From a virus (taxonomy: Duplodnaviria > Heunggongvirae > Uroviricota > Caudoviricetes): a stretch of 64,000 nucleotides of DNA. Both the position numbers and the translations under genes were made by a program. Positions 45,828 to 54,708 of this stretch are shown here, in pieces; position 1 is the first letter of the stretch; every line of letters starts with the position of its first letter. Below the pieces are notes generated by a model that searched no databases, was not told the origin of the DNA, and saw nothing but the letters and a program-made list of their open reading frames with translations. The DNA lies in the IMG/VR virus record IMGVR_UViG_3300046692_000144, positions 85,621-149,620 of that record; one strand, given 5' to 3'.

Positions 45828-46088
45828 ATGAACGAAGCAATGGGCACTGACGTAATGAACACTGAAACTCCTGTCGAGGAGTCCGGTGTAGGTAAATACA
45901 TCGCTATCGGCATCGCTACCGCATTCGTTGCGATTGGCACTGGCATCGGCTTCGTAGTCGGCACCAAGCGCGGCGCAAAGAAAGGCGAAGAAGCGGCAAA
46001 GGCAAAGCTGGACGCAGCCGTCACAAAGATTACTGAAACCGTTCAGGCAGCAACCGGTGCAGCTCCGGAAACTCCTGCGGCTAAGTAA
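45828..46088 (+). CDS. Small single-pass membrane protein
   Basis: YIAIGIATAFVAIGTGIGFVVG then Lys-rich. Confidence 0.7.
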   Translation: MNEAMGTDVMNTETPVEESGVGKYIAIGIATAFVAIGTGIGFVVGTKRGAKKGEEAAKAKLDAAVTKITETVQAATGAAPETPAAK

Positions 46089-46094
46089 TAACTA

Positions 46095-46125
46095 AGAGAG
46101 GAGGGCCAACCCCTCTCTTTTTAGC
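46095..46125 (+). terminator. Intrinsic terminator
   Basis: AGAGAG..GGG-CCAA-CCC..CTCTCT plus TTTTAGC. Confidence 0.7.
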
Positions 46126-46136
46126 TGAGCGTGATT

Positions 46137-46143
46137 GGTATAA
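46137..46143 (+). promoter_or_regulatory. Early-type promoter motif GGTATAA
   Basis: Upstream of 46176. Confidence 0.7.
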
Positions 46144-46175
46144 GATGTATGGAATCATATAAGGGAGTACACGCC

Positions 46176-46580
46176 ATGCTGAAAGTTGCAATGCCTGCTG
46201 GGAAATACGGAGAAGCACTTCAACGCTGTATGGAGGATGTCGTAGAGAACATGCGAGGAGATCTGTCTGCTCATGCAGAGGGCGTTCGTATGTACCCAGA
46301 AGACATCTCGGAGTGTACCGTCTGGGTAGAGCAACTTTGGGATCAAATCCACGATCTCCGAAATGCGGCGTCATTCTCCCTGAGTAACCTTGTTGATCTC
46401 GGAGAGTCCTACGACCTCTCCCCTGAAGACCCTCTGATGGTGGTGACGAAGAACGCACTACTGCTTGAGTTCGTGGATATCGAAATCGGACTGAATAAAA
46501 GAAACCCTATCAGCATTGTCCTAGGGTATATCCTGTTCAATCCGAATTTCCCAGATGGTGGACCCAGAGTCTACCACTGA
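46176..46580 (+). CDS. Hypothetical acidic protein
   Basis: ATG 46176 with AAGGGA SD inside the track ORF 46131..46580. Confidence 0.65.
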   Translation: MLKVAMPAGKYGEALQRCMEDVVENMRGDLSAHAEGVRMYPEDISECTVWVEQLWDQIHDLRNAASFSLSNLVDLGESYDLSPEDPLMVVTKNALLLEFVDIEIGLNKRNPISIVLGYILFNPNFPDGGPRVYH

Positions 46581-47822
46581 GAGATATTCAAGGCCCTGAC
46601 ACTGTCGGGGCTTTTCTTTTAGTCTGCGTAGGGTTTTGCGATCAAAGTAGTGACGACCAGGGTTCACATTCATGTGCTTCAAGAACCCCGCAGCAGAGAA
46701 ATCACCTACGGTGAACTCCGGCCAGTCTAGACTCGTCTTCATCAGCATGACCCCCGACGTAACCATCAATCTGTGAATAGGCTTTATCCCGTATTCACTC
46801 CAACAGTCTATGGCTACCCCTTCTTTAACCCGGAACCCTGCTATAGGCTTACCACGAAGAATCAAATGGTAATCACCGGAGTATTCCTCCAGAGGGTACG
46901 ATGGACTTAGGTCAGGACAGGTGGCTGGGGAAAGTATCTTTCGAATCTTGGCCATCGTGTATTCTTTGTTCAGGTCCCAGTCAGACTCATAGACATGGAA
47001 CAAACGATACCCGGCCTGTCGTGCCTTCATGGTTTTGTTCTGGTGATACTCCGCAGCCTTTCCCACCTGCTCAGAGTGCCAAAAGATACCATTGAACTCG
47101 AAGGCAACCCGCTCAGCAGGAAGGGCTACATCTAGCTCTAAAGGCGGTATGATCTTACGAGAGTTTCTGACAATATCGAATCCCAATCCGTGAATGAAGT
47201 CTGCTAACTCGTTCTCCGGGGACGATCCGTTTGGTCTGCATTTTGGGCAACCACGTCCATGCACATGATCAGATGCCACGACAGTAAATGCTCCGTGAGT
47301 AGGGCACACTACGTCAATGTCATCTGACATGAATCGAAGAGATACCTCCGCATATCCGTAGGAGGAACCGTGACGTTCTACGGCGGAATCAAAGAAGTCT
47401 TGGTACATAACGCTTTGGGCATACCTGTTCTTCACTCTACCGCAAGAAGGGCAGCCACGTTTCTCCTGTATGTGTTTTACGGCTAAGGTACTGAACTCAC
47501 CGTGTATAGGGCAGAGGATGTCTATCTTACTCCTAGAAGAAACGTACACCGTTTTAGAGTAATCGTAAAAATCTTCATGAGCTTCGGTTGCTCTTCGAAT
47601 GAACTCCTCCTGAGTTATTCCAGAAACTCTGCCCTGGTTACTACGCCCACAGGAAGGACACCCTCTCCCACGCATATGGTGGTCGGGTGCCTGTAGGAAA
47701 TCTCCGTGCTGAGGACAACCAATCACTACCTTAGATTTGCTGGTAGTAACTTCCGACTTTGAATAGTCGTATCGGTGGCCATGTCTCAGAATTGACTTTG
47801 TTTCAAATTCAGAATGATCCAT
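46521..47822 (-). CDS. Zinc-ribbon repeat plus Vsr/DUF559-like endonuclease (homing-endonuclease-like)
   Basis: Three CPxHG.F....H...GCPxC repeats, then LELDV...VAFEFNGIFWHS. Confidence 0.8.
   Translation of the reverse strand: MDHSEFETKSILRHGHRYDYSKSEVTTSKSKVVIGCPQHGDFLQAPDHHMRGRGCPSCGRSNQGRVSGITQEEFIRRATEAHEDFYDYSKTVYVSSRSKIDILCPIHGEFSTLAVKHIQEKRGCPSCGRVKNRYAQSVMYQDFFDSAVERHGSSYGYAEVSLRFMSDDIDVVCPTHGAFTVVASDHVHGRGCPKCRPNGSSPENELADFIHGLGFDIVRNSRKIIPPLELDVALPAERVAFEFNGIFWHSEQVGKAAEYHQNKTMKARQAGYRLFHVYESDWDLNKEYTMAKIRKILSPATCPDLSPSYPLEEYSGDYHLILRGKPIAGFRVKEGVAIDCWSEYGIKPIHRLMVTSGVMLMKTSLDWPEFTVGDFSAAGFLKHMNVNPGRHYFDRKTLRRLKEKPRQCQGLEYLSVVDSGSTIWEIRIEQDIP
46591..46623 (+). terminator. Intrinsic terminator (near-inverted copy of the 49281/49882 terminators)
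   Basis: GGCCCTGAC-ACT-GTCGGGGC plus TTTTCTTTTAGT. Confidence 0.75.
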
Positions 47823-47869
47823 GAGTCAGAGGTTAACCCTACCCTATGGAAAGTCAAGGACGTAGTTTT

Positions 47870-47948
47870 GGTATAAGTACTGTAAGCAGCTAGTCATGGA
47901 GTCCGACCGACACCGTAGATTACATACGGGAAGCTCGTTTAGGTATAA
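47870..47948 (+). promoter_or_regulatory. Two tandem early-type GGTATAA motifs
   Basis: 47870-47876 and 47942-47948. Confidence 0.65.
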
Positions 47949-47996
47949 GAATAGTGTAAGAGGAATATCATCTTCTACTAACACGAGACCTTTGAA

Positions 47997-48554
47997 ATGA
48001 CTCCATCTATCCTTGTCCAAGAGCAATCCAAGAAAGTACTTCAAGTACTTGCTGGAGAACAACCACTGCTCAAACGACTCCATGAAATCACCATGCAAGA
48101 ACTGGCAAAGACAACGCCAAATCTGACGGAGGTAACTGAAGGTATTCTCCGAAGTGGTGATCGTACTGTTCGTTTGTCATCGGAACTCATCAACCTGCTT
48201 CTCGAAAGCATGTCTGTTGAGGAACTACAGCCACAACTGGACTACATCTTTACGGTATGTCTGGAAAACAAATCAGAGGAACACATCTCTGCTCTCGAAC
48301 CCGAGCTCGCAGAGTTGGTCCGTTCCCACCTTGCGTTCACGGATGGCCTCAATAACGAGATCACCCGAACGTACGGTCCAAAGGCCATGGAAAAGGCGCT
48401 TGCGAAAACCCACTCGCTTGAAGACTTTATCGATAGCGTCAAGGACATTCCAGGCTTCGAGGAAATGGCGCGGAAGATCTCCGACGATGGCGATGCACTC
48501 GCAACTGAAATGGCACCGGTAGTAGAAGGCTTGGCGAAAGGCGACATCATCTGA
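47997..48554 (+). CDS. Hypothetical helical protein, paralog family member 1
   Basis: ELAKTTPNLTEV; shares motifs with 48672. Confidence 0.7.
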   Translation: MTPSILVQEQSKKVLQVLAGEQPLLKRLHEITMQELAKTTPNLTEVTEGILRSGDRTVRLSSELINLLLESMSVEELQPQLDYIFTVCLENKSEEHISALEPELAELVRSHLAFTDGLNNEITRTYGPKAMEKALAKTHSLEDFIDSVKDIPGFEEMARKISDDGDALATEMAPVVEGLAKGDII

Positions 48555-48671
48555 TGTAAACGGGGATCTGATCTCAGGTCCCCAGTTTCAATTCCAAGAT
48601 ACAAATGCTGATATAAGTAAAGTAGAGGAAGAATATACTTTCTCACAATCCCAATAGAAGAGACCTTAATC

Positions 48672-49265
48672 ATGTTCAATACCAATCTGCAAAACGTACT
48701 GAAACAAGCAATGGCCAAAAACTTGGAGTTCCGTCCAGAAATGGTCGCAGCTCAGCGTCTCACCGAAGTTGAGTTGGCCAAAGAAACACCGGATATGAAA
48801 GAGTTAATCCGCTGCTCTGCGGAATTGACTGCCCGCATCATGAAACACAGCATTGATATGGAAAGTGCTCTGGCTAACTCCGGGTCTTTACCAGAAGAAC
48901 TATTAATGGTACCCAACGTAGTTAACGGGTCTGTTAACCGCAGTGAATACGTGGATCACGAACTGGTTGCTATCTTCGAAGAAAATGAACAGTTTGGTTC
49001 GGAACTTTCCCAACCAATGGTGGAGATGTACGGCGATCGTGCCCGCACTATCCTCATGGAAAAACTTGAAGAGCAGGGGTTGATCGGTGAGTTCACCGAT
49101 GCAATCACTAAAGCTGTCGAGTCCGCTGCACCGTCTGAAAGTGACAAGGAAAGTCTTGCACGAGTATGGACAAAAGAAAACGTAGCAAAAGCCTGCCCAA
49201 AGCTTGCCGACGATTTCAATAAGGGCTGGGACCTGGCAGCGTCGCAAGATGCCACTAAGCACTAA
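48672..49265 (+). CDS. Hypothetical helical protein, paralog family member 2
   Basis: ELAKETPDMKEL; YGDRA vs YGPKA. Confidence 0.7.
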   Translation: MFNTNLQNVLKQAMAKNLEFRPEMVAAQRLTEVELAKETPDMKELIRCSAELTARIMKHSIDMESALANSGSLPEELLMVPNVVNGSVNRSEYVDHELVAIFEENEQFGSELSQPMVEMYGDRARTILMEKLEEQGLIGEFTDAITKAVESAAPSESDKESLARVWTKENVAKACPKLADDFNKGWDLAASQDATKH

Positions 49266-49280
49266 GCACTAAGCACTAAG
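49253..49280. repeat. Tandem heptamer (CACTAAG)x4
   Basis: Four exact copies across the stop codon of 48672..49265. Confidence 0.95.
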
Positions 49281-49320
49281 TAACAAAGAAAAGCCCCGAC
49301 TTCTGTCAGGGCTTTTTAGC
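49281..49320. terminator. Intrinsic terminator, identical to 49882-49921
   Basis: 40 nt exact direct repeat. Confidence 0.85.
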
Positions 49321-49364
49321 CTATCAACACGCTCAGTAAGTTTCAATTTCAATACATCAGAATC

Positions 49365-49371
49365 GGTATAA
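49365..49371 (+). promoter_or_regulatory. Early-type promoter motif GGTATAA
   Basis: Leader closely similar to that at 48610. Confidence 0.7.
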
Positions 49372-49428
49372 GTAAAGTACAGAAAGAATATACTTTCTCA
49401 ATCATAACTAATAGAAGAGACCTTTGAC

Positions 49429-49884
49429 ATGAACAAATATAGCCAAGAAGTACAAAACATCCTGCGTACATTCTTCATGGAACTGAACGCAAACCGTTCT
49501 GCAATGGCGAACATGGGCCAATCCCTGAGTGCCGAACTGGACGCTGAAGTTAAAACCCCTGAGGTGTTCCTCAAGGAAATCTTGAGTACCGTAAAAACGT
49601 TAACTTCGGTTACTTCCAAAGTTGCTCACGGGCTGCAAGAGCTTAATATGGACTTGCAGGATGCAGGCGAGCTGTGTGACGTCATGGAGTGGGATGAAGA
49701 TCTCTGTGCAAAACTCGACGACGATCTGGTAGCCACTCGTAATGAGTACCTGTTGTTCAAGGAAGACCTGGAATCCGGGTACAAAGAAAATTACGGAAAA
49801 GATGCTGATCCCCTCATGGTGTACTTGACCGAAACCGGGAAACTTGAATACTTCTTCGAGCTACTCAGTAACCCGGAAGCGTAA
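49429..49884 (+). CDS. Hypothetical acidic helical protein, possible distant paralog 3
   Basis: Same promoter/leader/terminator cassette as 48672. Confidence 0.7.
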   Translation: MNKYSQEVQNILRTFFMELNANRSAMANMGQSLSAELDAEVKTPEVFLKEILSTVKTLTSVTSKVAHGLQELNMDLQDAGELCDVMEWDEDLCAKLDDDLVATRNEYLLFKEDLESGYKENYGKDADPLMVYLTETGKLEYFFELLSNPEA

Positions 49885-49921
49885 CAAAGAAAAGCCCCGA
49901 CTTCTGTCAGGGCTTTTTAGC
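49882..49921. terminator. Bidirectional intrinsic terminator
   Basis: Identical to 49281-49320; lies between convergent genes. Confidence 0.85.
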
Positions 49922-49925
49922 TTCC

Positions 49926-51077
49926 TCATTTTTTAAGTGAGATGGTGATCGGTGTATTCTCGTCCACCGTACCCGCCTTGAGTGCTGCAAGGACGTGCTC
50001 TTCACTTTCAAAGTGCTGGGGCTTTTTGTCCATATCCGCTTCAGTCAAGTGAACCGAACCAAGGATAGCTTCGTGGCCAGGTGCAATCAGAGATTCCCCG
50101 TAACCCATACGGGCGTCGTAGATCTGCTTCGAAGGCATGAGCTTATCTCGTGCTTCTTTAACCGCAGCAGGACCCATAGGCAAGAACAAGGACAATGCGT
50201 CACCGTCGTAGTCCCCTGCGAACATTGGTAGGTGCAGAGGGTTTACACCAATGGAGTTACCTTCAACCGGAACTGGGAAGAACGCCGAGATGTTGGACTT
50301 CATCAGAGTAGGGTTACGGTTGGCAATGATCGGAACTTCTTTGATGATCTTACCGAATGAAGAAGTAGCCGAATCGTTTCGCTCACTGTACGCCTTCTCA
50401 GCGTTCATGTACGAGTGACCTTGACGGGTCATATCTCGAATGACGTGAAATTTGTACATGGACCAAAGTGTATCTTTCGGAATCGCCATCTCGTTGAAGC
50501 CAAGACGTGGTTCAGCATAGATAGTGCCTCGACCCGAGAAGTCCTGTTTCTTACTCAAAATCTTGCTGTGGAAGAGACCCGCCTTTGGCGAACCTTTACC
50601 AGCAATCTGAACCAGCAACCCTTTTAGATCACGGCCACGAGAGTTAGGGGAGATAGGGTCACCCAAACCAACAACTGCTTTCAGACCGTTGTACATCTCC
50701 TTCCGAGCATTGACCAGCATAGTAGATTCGTCCGGCAAAACGCCTTTCAAACCTTTGAAGGTCTCGTTTGAAACGATGTGGTCACGGTAGAGCTGGTTGA
50801 CGTCAGAGTATTCAAGACGGCCTCCGCCCTGAACCATCATAGGACGAGTAACGGGAGGAACCACTGCTACGTTGCGAACAACGTAGGCTTGGTCCGGGGT
50901 AACGCCCATTTTCTTAAGGCCCGCAAGATACTTGATCTTCTTAATGGCCTTGTCTCTTTTAGCTACCGAAGTAGCATGCACTGCTTCATGTGAGTTGTCT
51001 TTCAAACTCTGGTCAATGTTGATTGCACCAAGGAGGGCCTCAAAGGCCGCTCCCCCCATCAGTACTGGTTCTGTCAC
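49926..51077 (-). CDS. rpoC: RNA polymerase beta-prime, catalytic middle piece
   Basis: VAVVPPVTRP, SKKQDFSGR, NRNPTL, catalytic FAGDYDGD. Confidence 0.9.
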   Translation of the reverse strand: MTEPVLMGGAAFEALLGAINIDQSLKDNSHEAVHATSVAKRDKAIKKIKYLAGLKKMGVTPDQAYVVRNVAVVPPVTRPMMVQGGGRLEYSDVNQLYRDHIVSNETFKGLKGVLPDESTMLVNARKEMYNGLKAVVGLGDPISPNSRGRDLKGLLVQIAGKGSPKAGLFHSKILSKKQDFSGRGTIYAEPRLGFNEMAIPKDTLWSMYKFHVIRDMTRQGHSYMNAEKAYSERNDSATSSFGKIIKEVPIIANRNPTLMKSNISAFFPVPVEGNSIGVNPLHLPMFAGDYDGDALSLFLPMGPAAVKEARDKLMPSKQIYDARMGYGESLIAPGHEAILGSVHLTEADMDKKPQHFESEEHVLAALKAGTVDENTPITISLKK

Positions 51078-54000
51078 ATCGTCACCTTCTTAATCACCTT
51101 ACTGTCGTCACCATGGGTAACAAGATGGAACTCTTTGTCCCCTACCTTTTTCAGACCGAGTTCACCAGAAGCGAGCTTGTCGAATTCAGTAGATGTTAGA
51201 CCTGTAAGGTGCTTAACCGCGTTCTCGAAGACTGGGTTTACGACAGGCTCTGCAAGCTTGTAGTGTCCCCACTTCTGACCACGAATACCACCAGTGATAC
51301 TCATGTCGAACAGACCGCCTTCTTCTGGCTCCATGTTCTTGGCAGCAACGAAGTCAGCGTTCTTGATCTCACCGTTGCTCATCTCAAGTATGTCTTTGTC
51401 CATGAGAGGAGAGGCAGTGATGTGTTCGCTATCCACGTTTACCTTGACGCCAGAACCATGCAGGTAGTCGATGAACTTCTTAGTAGCAAAGGTAGTGTCC
51501 GGCTTAGGCAGAGGCTGACCGCGCAGAAACTTTGTCCAGTACTCCGAGTTTTCTTGAGACTTGGAAGTACCGATTTCTTGCAGGTTGTGGTTTGCACCTG
51601 AGCCCAGCAGACCGAGGAACTCCATGTAACCAACAGACTTCGAACCTTCGTGACCACCCTTGGTAGGTTGGAGTACGTTGTCGTAGCCACCCACGTTACG
51701 AGCCGACAAGTTCTGGTCAGTAGTCTTATAGAGTTTCATCATGTACTGAGGACCGGCCAGGACTTTTGGATAAGTCTTGCCATTCTCAGGATCTACTACT
51801 TCATCCGTGTCGCTCAACCCATGCGCTTTCAGTTCGTCAGTCAACTCTTGAACGTTGGAGTTCTTCGAGAAGTTGTGAACTAGGTACGGAGAACCTTTCT
51901 TACGAGCAATCTTCGCCGCAGCTACTTCCATCAACTGACCAAGGTTTACCCGGCTGGTTACAGAGGCAGGGTTGAGCAAGAGATCGTATGGCTTACCGGT
52001 TTCTTTGTTGTATGGCATTTTCTCATCTGGCAGGATAAGAGACACGATACCTTTGTTACCATGCATACCAGTCAGCTTGTCACCGATTTCCAGTTGCTTA
52101 ACTGCACGAAGAATTACACGAATCTCTTTGGCATCGACGTGACGGTCAACTACCTCAGCAGGGTCATCGTAGCCCCACAGATCTGCGTTAACACGGTAAG
52201 GGTTAACCAGTGTCTTATGTAGACGTCCAAGCATACGGTCTTCAGCCGTCGGCTCTCTTTTTTCAAGTACCGCATACACCGGGTCTCCGTGTTTCAAGAT
52301 AGAGCCCACGGTTGCAACGCCTTGTTCATCCAAGTGGCTCAGTTGTTCTGCTGTGAACTTACCTGGGAAGTAACGTTTAAGCAATGATTTACGAGGAACG
52401 GAGTACTCCATGATGTTGTAATCGACTTTGTATGCGTGATGGCTAGACAAGCTATCAGAGGCAGTCTGGGAGATTACCAATCCGTCTTCGTGGTTGAAGC
52501 CCTTGTAAGGGATGTAGGCGACGTCCAGGTTCCTACCTAGGGCAAGGACACCATTCTTAGTGTAGTTGTTCTCAGCGACGATCTGGCCTGCCTTCACGGC
52601 CTCACCAACCGCAACGTGAGGAGCCTCGTCATCCAGGAAACCTTTCATGTTGAACGGAAGGTTCTTAACAAGGTTCACTTTGTGGACGGTTCCGGTGCTG
52701 CTCTCAATATGAACTTCAGTAGGGGTGATCTTGCGAATAGTGCCGTCTACTGGGGATTTCGTACTGAACACATTAGCGATAGACTTCACAAAGGAAGTGC
52801 CGCTACCGGTAGCAGTCTGAACCAAAGGCTCTTCACGATTAACCAAAGACAGCGCCTGAGGAATAGCCTTACCAGCCATGGTCAGACGACCCGGGTGGTT
52901 ACTGTTCAGGAACGGTACAAGGTTAGTAGTTACGGTGTACAGGCTGTTACCACTTGCAAACCAATACTGTACCTTGCTCCGATCAACTTCAGAAAGTACG
53001 CCATGGTCTTGGGCCTGAACTCTGGCCTTGCCCTCTTGGTTTGGGAAGCCAACGACCGAGGTCATCAAATCGTGAACAGAGAGAGTGTGCTTCCCACCCT
53101 TGTTATCTACGACCGTCGAGTAAAGAGTTCCGTAATCGTCGCGATGAGCAGAAATTGTAAAGCGTAGATCAACACCAGCGTGATCAGACTCAGGAGTACG
53201 ACTAGGGTCAAGAATCCCAGTATGAGACGCATCGATATTTCGAGCAGATTTAGGAACGGCTCGAATATTGGAAATACCACCTTCTTGAGCGCCAAGAACC
53301 GTAACCTTGCCCACGTTCTCAATCGATTCGATAGCATTGGTTTCCTCCGGGGTGGATACCAGGGTGGATTTCAGGATGTAGTCTTGGTAGATCTTGTTGA
53401 ACGGCTTGGCAGGAATCACCTTACGGATCTTCGGATCAGCGTGGTCTACACGTTCAAGGTTGAAACCAAGTTTGTTCTTAACCTTAGTAACACTTTCGTG
53501 CTCACGGCCAGTTTCAAAACGACGAGCCAGGAAGTCTGGAAGGTTCTGTACACGCTTGAACTGAAGGCTATCCCGGTTATCTTCCTCACGATCACCACGA
53601 CGTACTGCAACCATGTTGGCCATAGCACGCAACAGGGTCTCATGGGTGATGTTCGAAAAAGGTTTACCAAGAGTGATCTCAGTAGATTTCGCAGAAAGAG
53701 TGGAGCCCGCAAACGCTTCCTGCAAGGCAACGATCATGTCTTCGTACGACAGGGTTTTATCCTGTTTGAACTTGGAAGTCAGTTGACCATACAAAGTCTT
53801 GATTGCTTTCTGTTCTTGTCCTTTTGCAGCCGCAACGTTTCGCTCCCACAATTCTTCCGGGAGGTACTGAAGAATCTCCTTAGGCGAAATGTGAAAGATC
53901 TGCGTGAAGATCGGGGCTACCAGTACACGAGAGGTGGACTTATCCGCATTCAGATAAATCAACTCGTGCTCCGGGTCAAGAGTCAGCGAGAAGCTACGGC

Positions 54001-54430
54001 CTTTCTGGGTGTTGAAGTGAGCCTCCAGTTCTCCGTTTTCCTTGGTGCGAGTAAACACACCAGGACTCAGTTGGAGCTGGTTGGCAACAATGTAGTTGTT
54101 ACCCTTGTAGAGCATCGTGTGCTTCCCAGTAAGGAAGAACGAGTCCATCAAAGGGAAGTCCTTCTCCTTATCGACTACTGCACCAGTGGCCTTATGGATC
54201 ATGGTCAAAGTACCCTTGATAGGGTACGTCAACGATTTGGAACGGAGGATTGCATCCTTCTCATCCTTCTGGTCGAACTCCTTACGGTCCACATGCACAT
54301 CACTCAGGTGAAGCTGATAGTGCTTGTTCTCGATAGGGAAGTGAGACGTCAGCCCATTTACGAGAGCTGCGTCTGCCTTATCATTGATCGACCGTGGATC
54401 AGAGAAAATCGGGTATGGGGTATTCGGCAT
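51074..54430 (-). CDS. rpoB: RNA polymerase beta subunit fused to the beta-prime N-terminal segment
   Basis: RTPES, PFLNSNHPGRLTM, GFNHEDG, GDKLTGMHGNKG, NPASV.SRVNLGQ; then beta-prime-like SNGEI..EGGLFD..GHYKLAEPV. Confidence 0.9.
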   Translation of the reverse strand: MPNTPYPIFSDPRSINDKADAALVNGLTSHFPIENKHYQLHLSDVHVDRKEFDQKDEKDAILRSKSLTYPIKGTLTMIHKATGAVVDKEKDFPLMDSFFLTGKHTMLYKGNNYIVANQLQLSPGVFTRTKENGELEAHFNTQKGRSFSLTLDPEHELIYLNADKSTSRVLVAPIFTQIFHISPKEILQYLPEELWERNVAAAKGQEQKAIKTLYGQLTSKFKQDKTLSYEDMIVALQEAFAGSTLSAKSTEITLGKPFSNITHETLLRAMANMVAVRRGDREEDNRDSLQFKRVQNLPDFLARRFETGREHESVTKVKNKLGFNLERVDHADPKIRKVIPAKPFNKIYQDYILKSTLVSTPEETNAIESIENVGKVTVLGAQEGGISNIRAVPKSARNIDASHTGILDPSRTPESDHAGVDLRFTISAHRDDYGTLYSTVVDNKGGKHTLSVHDLMTSVVGFPNQEGKARVQAQDHGVLSEVDRSKVQYWFASGNSLYTVTTNLVPFLNSNHPGRLTMAGKAIPQALSLVNREEPLVQTATGSGTSFVKSIANVFSTKSPVDGTIRKITPTEVHIESSTGTVHKVNLVKNLPFNMKGFLDDEAPHVAVGEAVKAGQIVAENNYTKNGVLALGRNLDVAYIPYKGFNHEDGLVISQTASDSLSSHHAYKVDYNIMEYSVPRKSLLKRYFPGKFTAEQLSHLDEQGVATVGSILKHGDPVYAVLEKREPTAEDRMLGRLHKTLVNPYRVNADLWGYDDPAEVVDRHVDAKEIRVILRAVKQLEIGDKLTGMHGNKGIVSLILPDEKMPYNKETGKPYDLLLNPASVTSRVNLGQLMEVAAAKIARKKGSPYLVHNFSKNSNVQELTDELKAHGLSDTDEVVDPENGKTYPKVLAGPQYMMKLYKTTDQNLSARNVGGYDNVLQPTKGGHEGSKSVGYMEFLGLLGSGANHNLQEIGTSKSQENSEYWTKFLRGQPLPKPDTTFATKKFIDYLHGSGVKVNVDSEHITASPLMDKDILEMSNGEIKNADFVAAKNMEPEEGGLFDMSITGGIRGQKWGHYKLAEPVVNPVFENAVKHLTGLTSTEFDKLASGELGLKKVGDKEFHLVTHGDDSKVIKKVTM

Positions 54431-54432
54431 GG

Positions 54433-54708
54433 TTAGATTCGTTTCTGATAGTAGCGAAGAACTACGAAGAAGCGTCCTTCGAAAGAATAGGTCTGACGGT
54501 CAGTAAGCACAATATCATCACCACGAAGCCCTACGGTTTCGATACGTTGCAGTTCCAAGGTTTCACTAGGTTCATCTAGGTCCGCCCGGAAGTACTTAAC
54601 TGTGTAACTAGCCGCGATCTCATCTTCGAACTGACGATCTGGGAGCATGGACGGCATAGAAGCCGTCCCGTGCGCCTGTTGCTGTTTGTTCATATCTTTG
54701 TTGTTCAT
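54433..54708 (-). CDS. Small hypothetical protein between portal and RNAP
   Basis: 91 aa, coupled on both sides. Confidence 0.65.
   Translation of the reverse strand: MNNKDMNKQQQAHGTASMPSMLPDRQFEDEIAASYTVKYFRADLDEPSETLELQRIETVGLRGDDIVLTDRQTYSFEGRFFVVLRYYQKRI

Noticed and set aside
44652-49925. Intron or intein interrupting rpoC
   Set aside because: The gap holds many opposite-strand genes with promoter motifs and terminators, and the downstream piece has its own start and late motif; no intron or intein motifs seen.
53180-54436. 418 aa plus-strand ORF
   Set aside because: Shadow of the RNAP beta gene.
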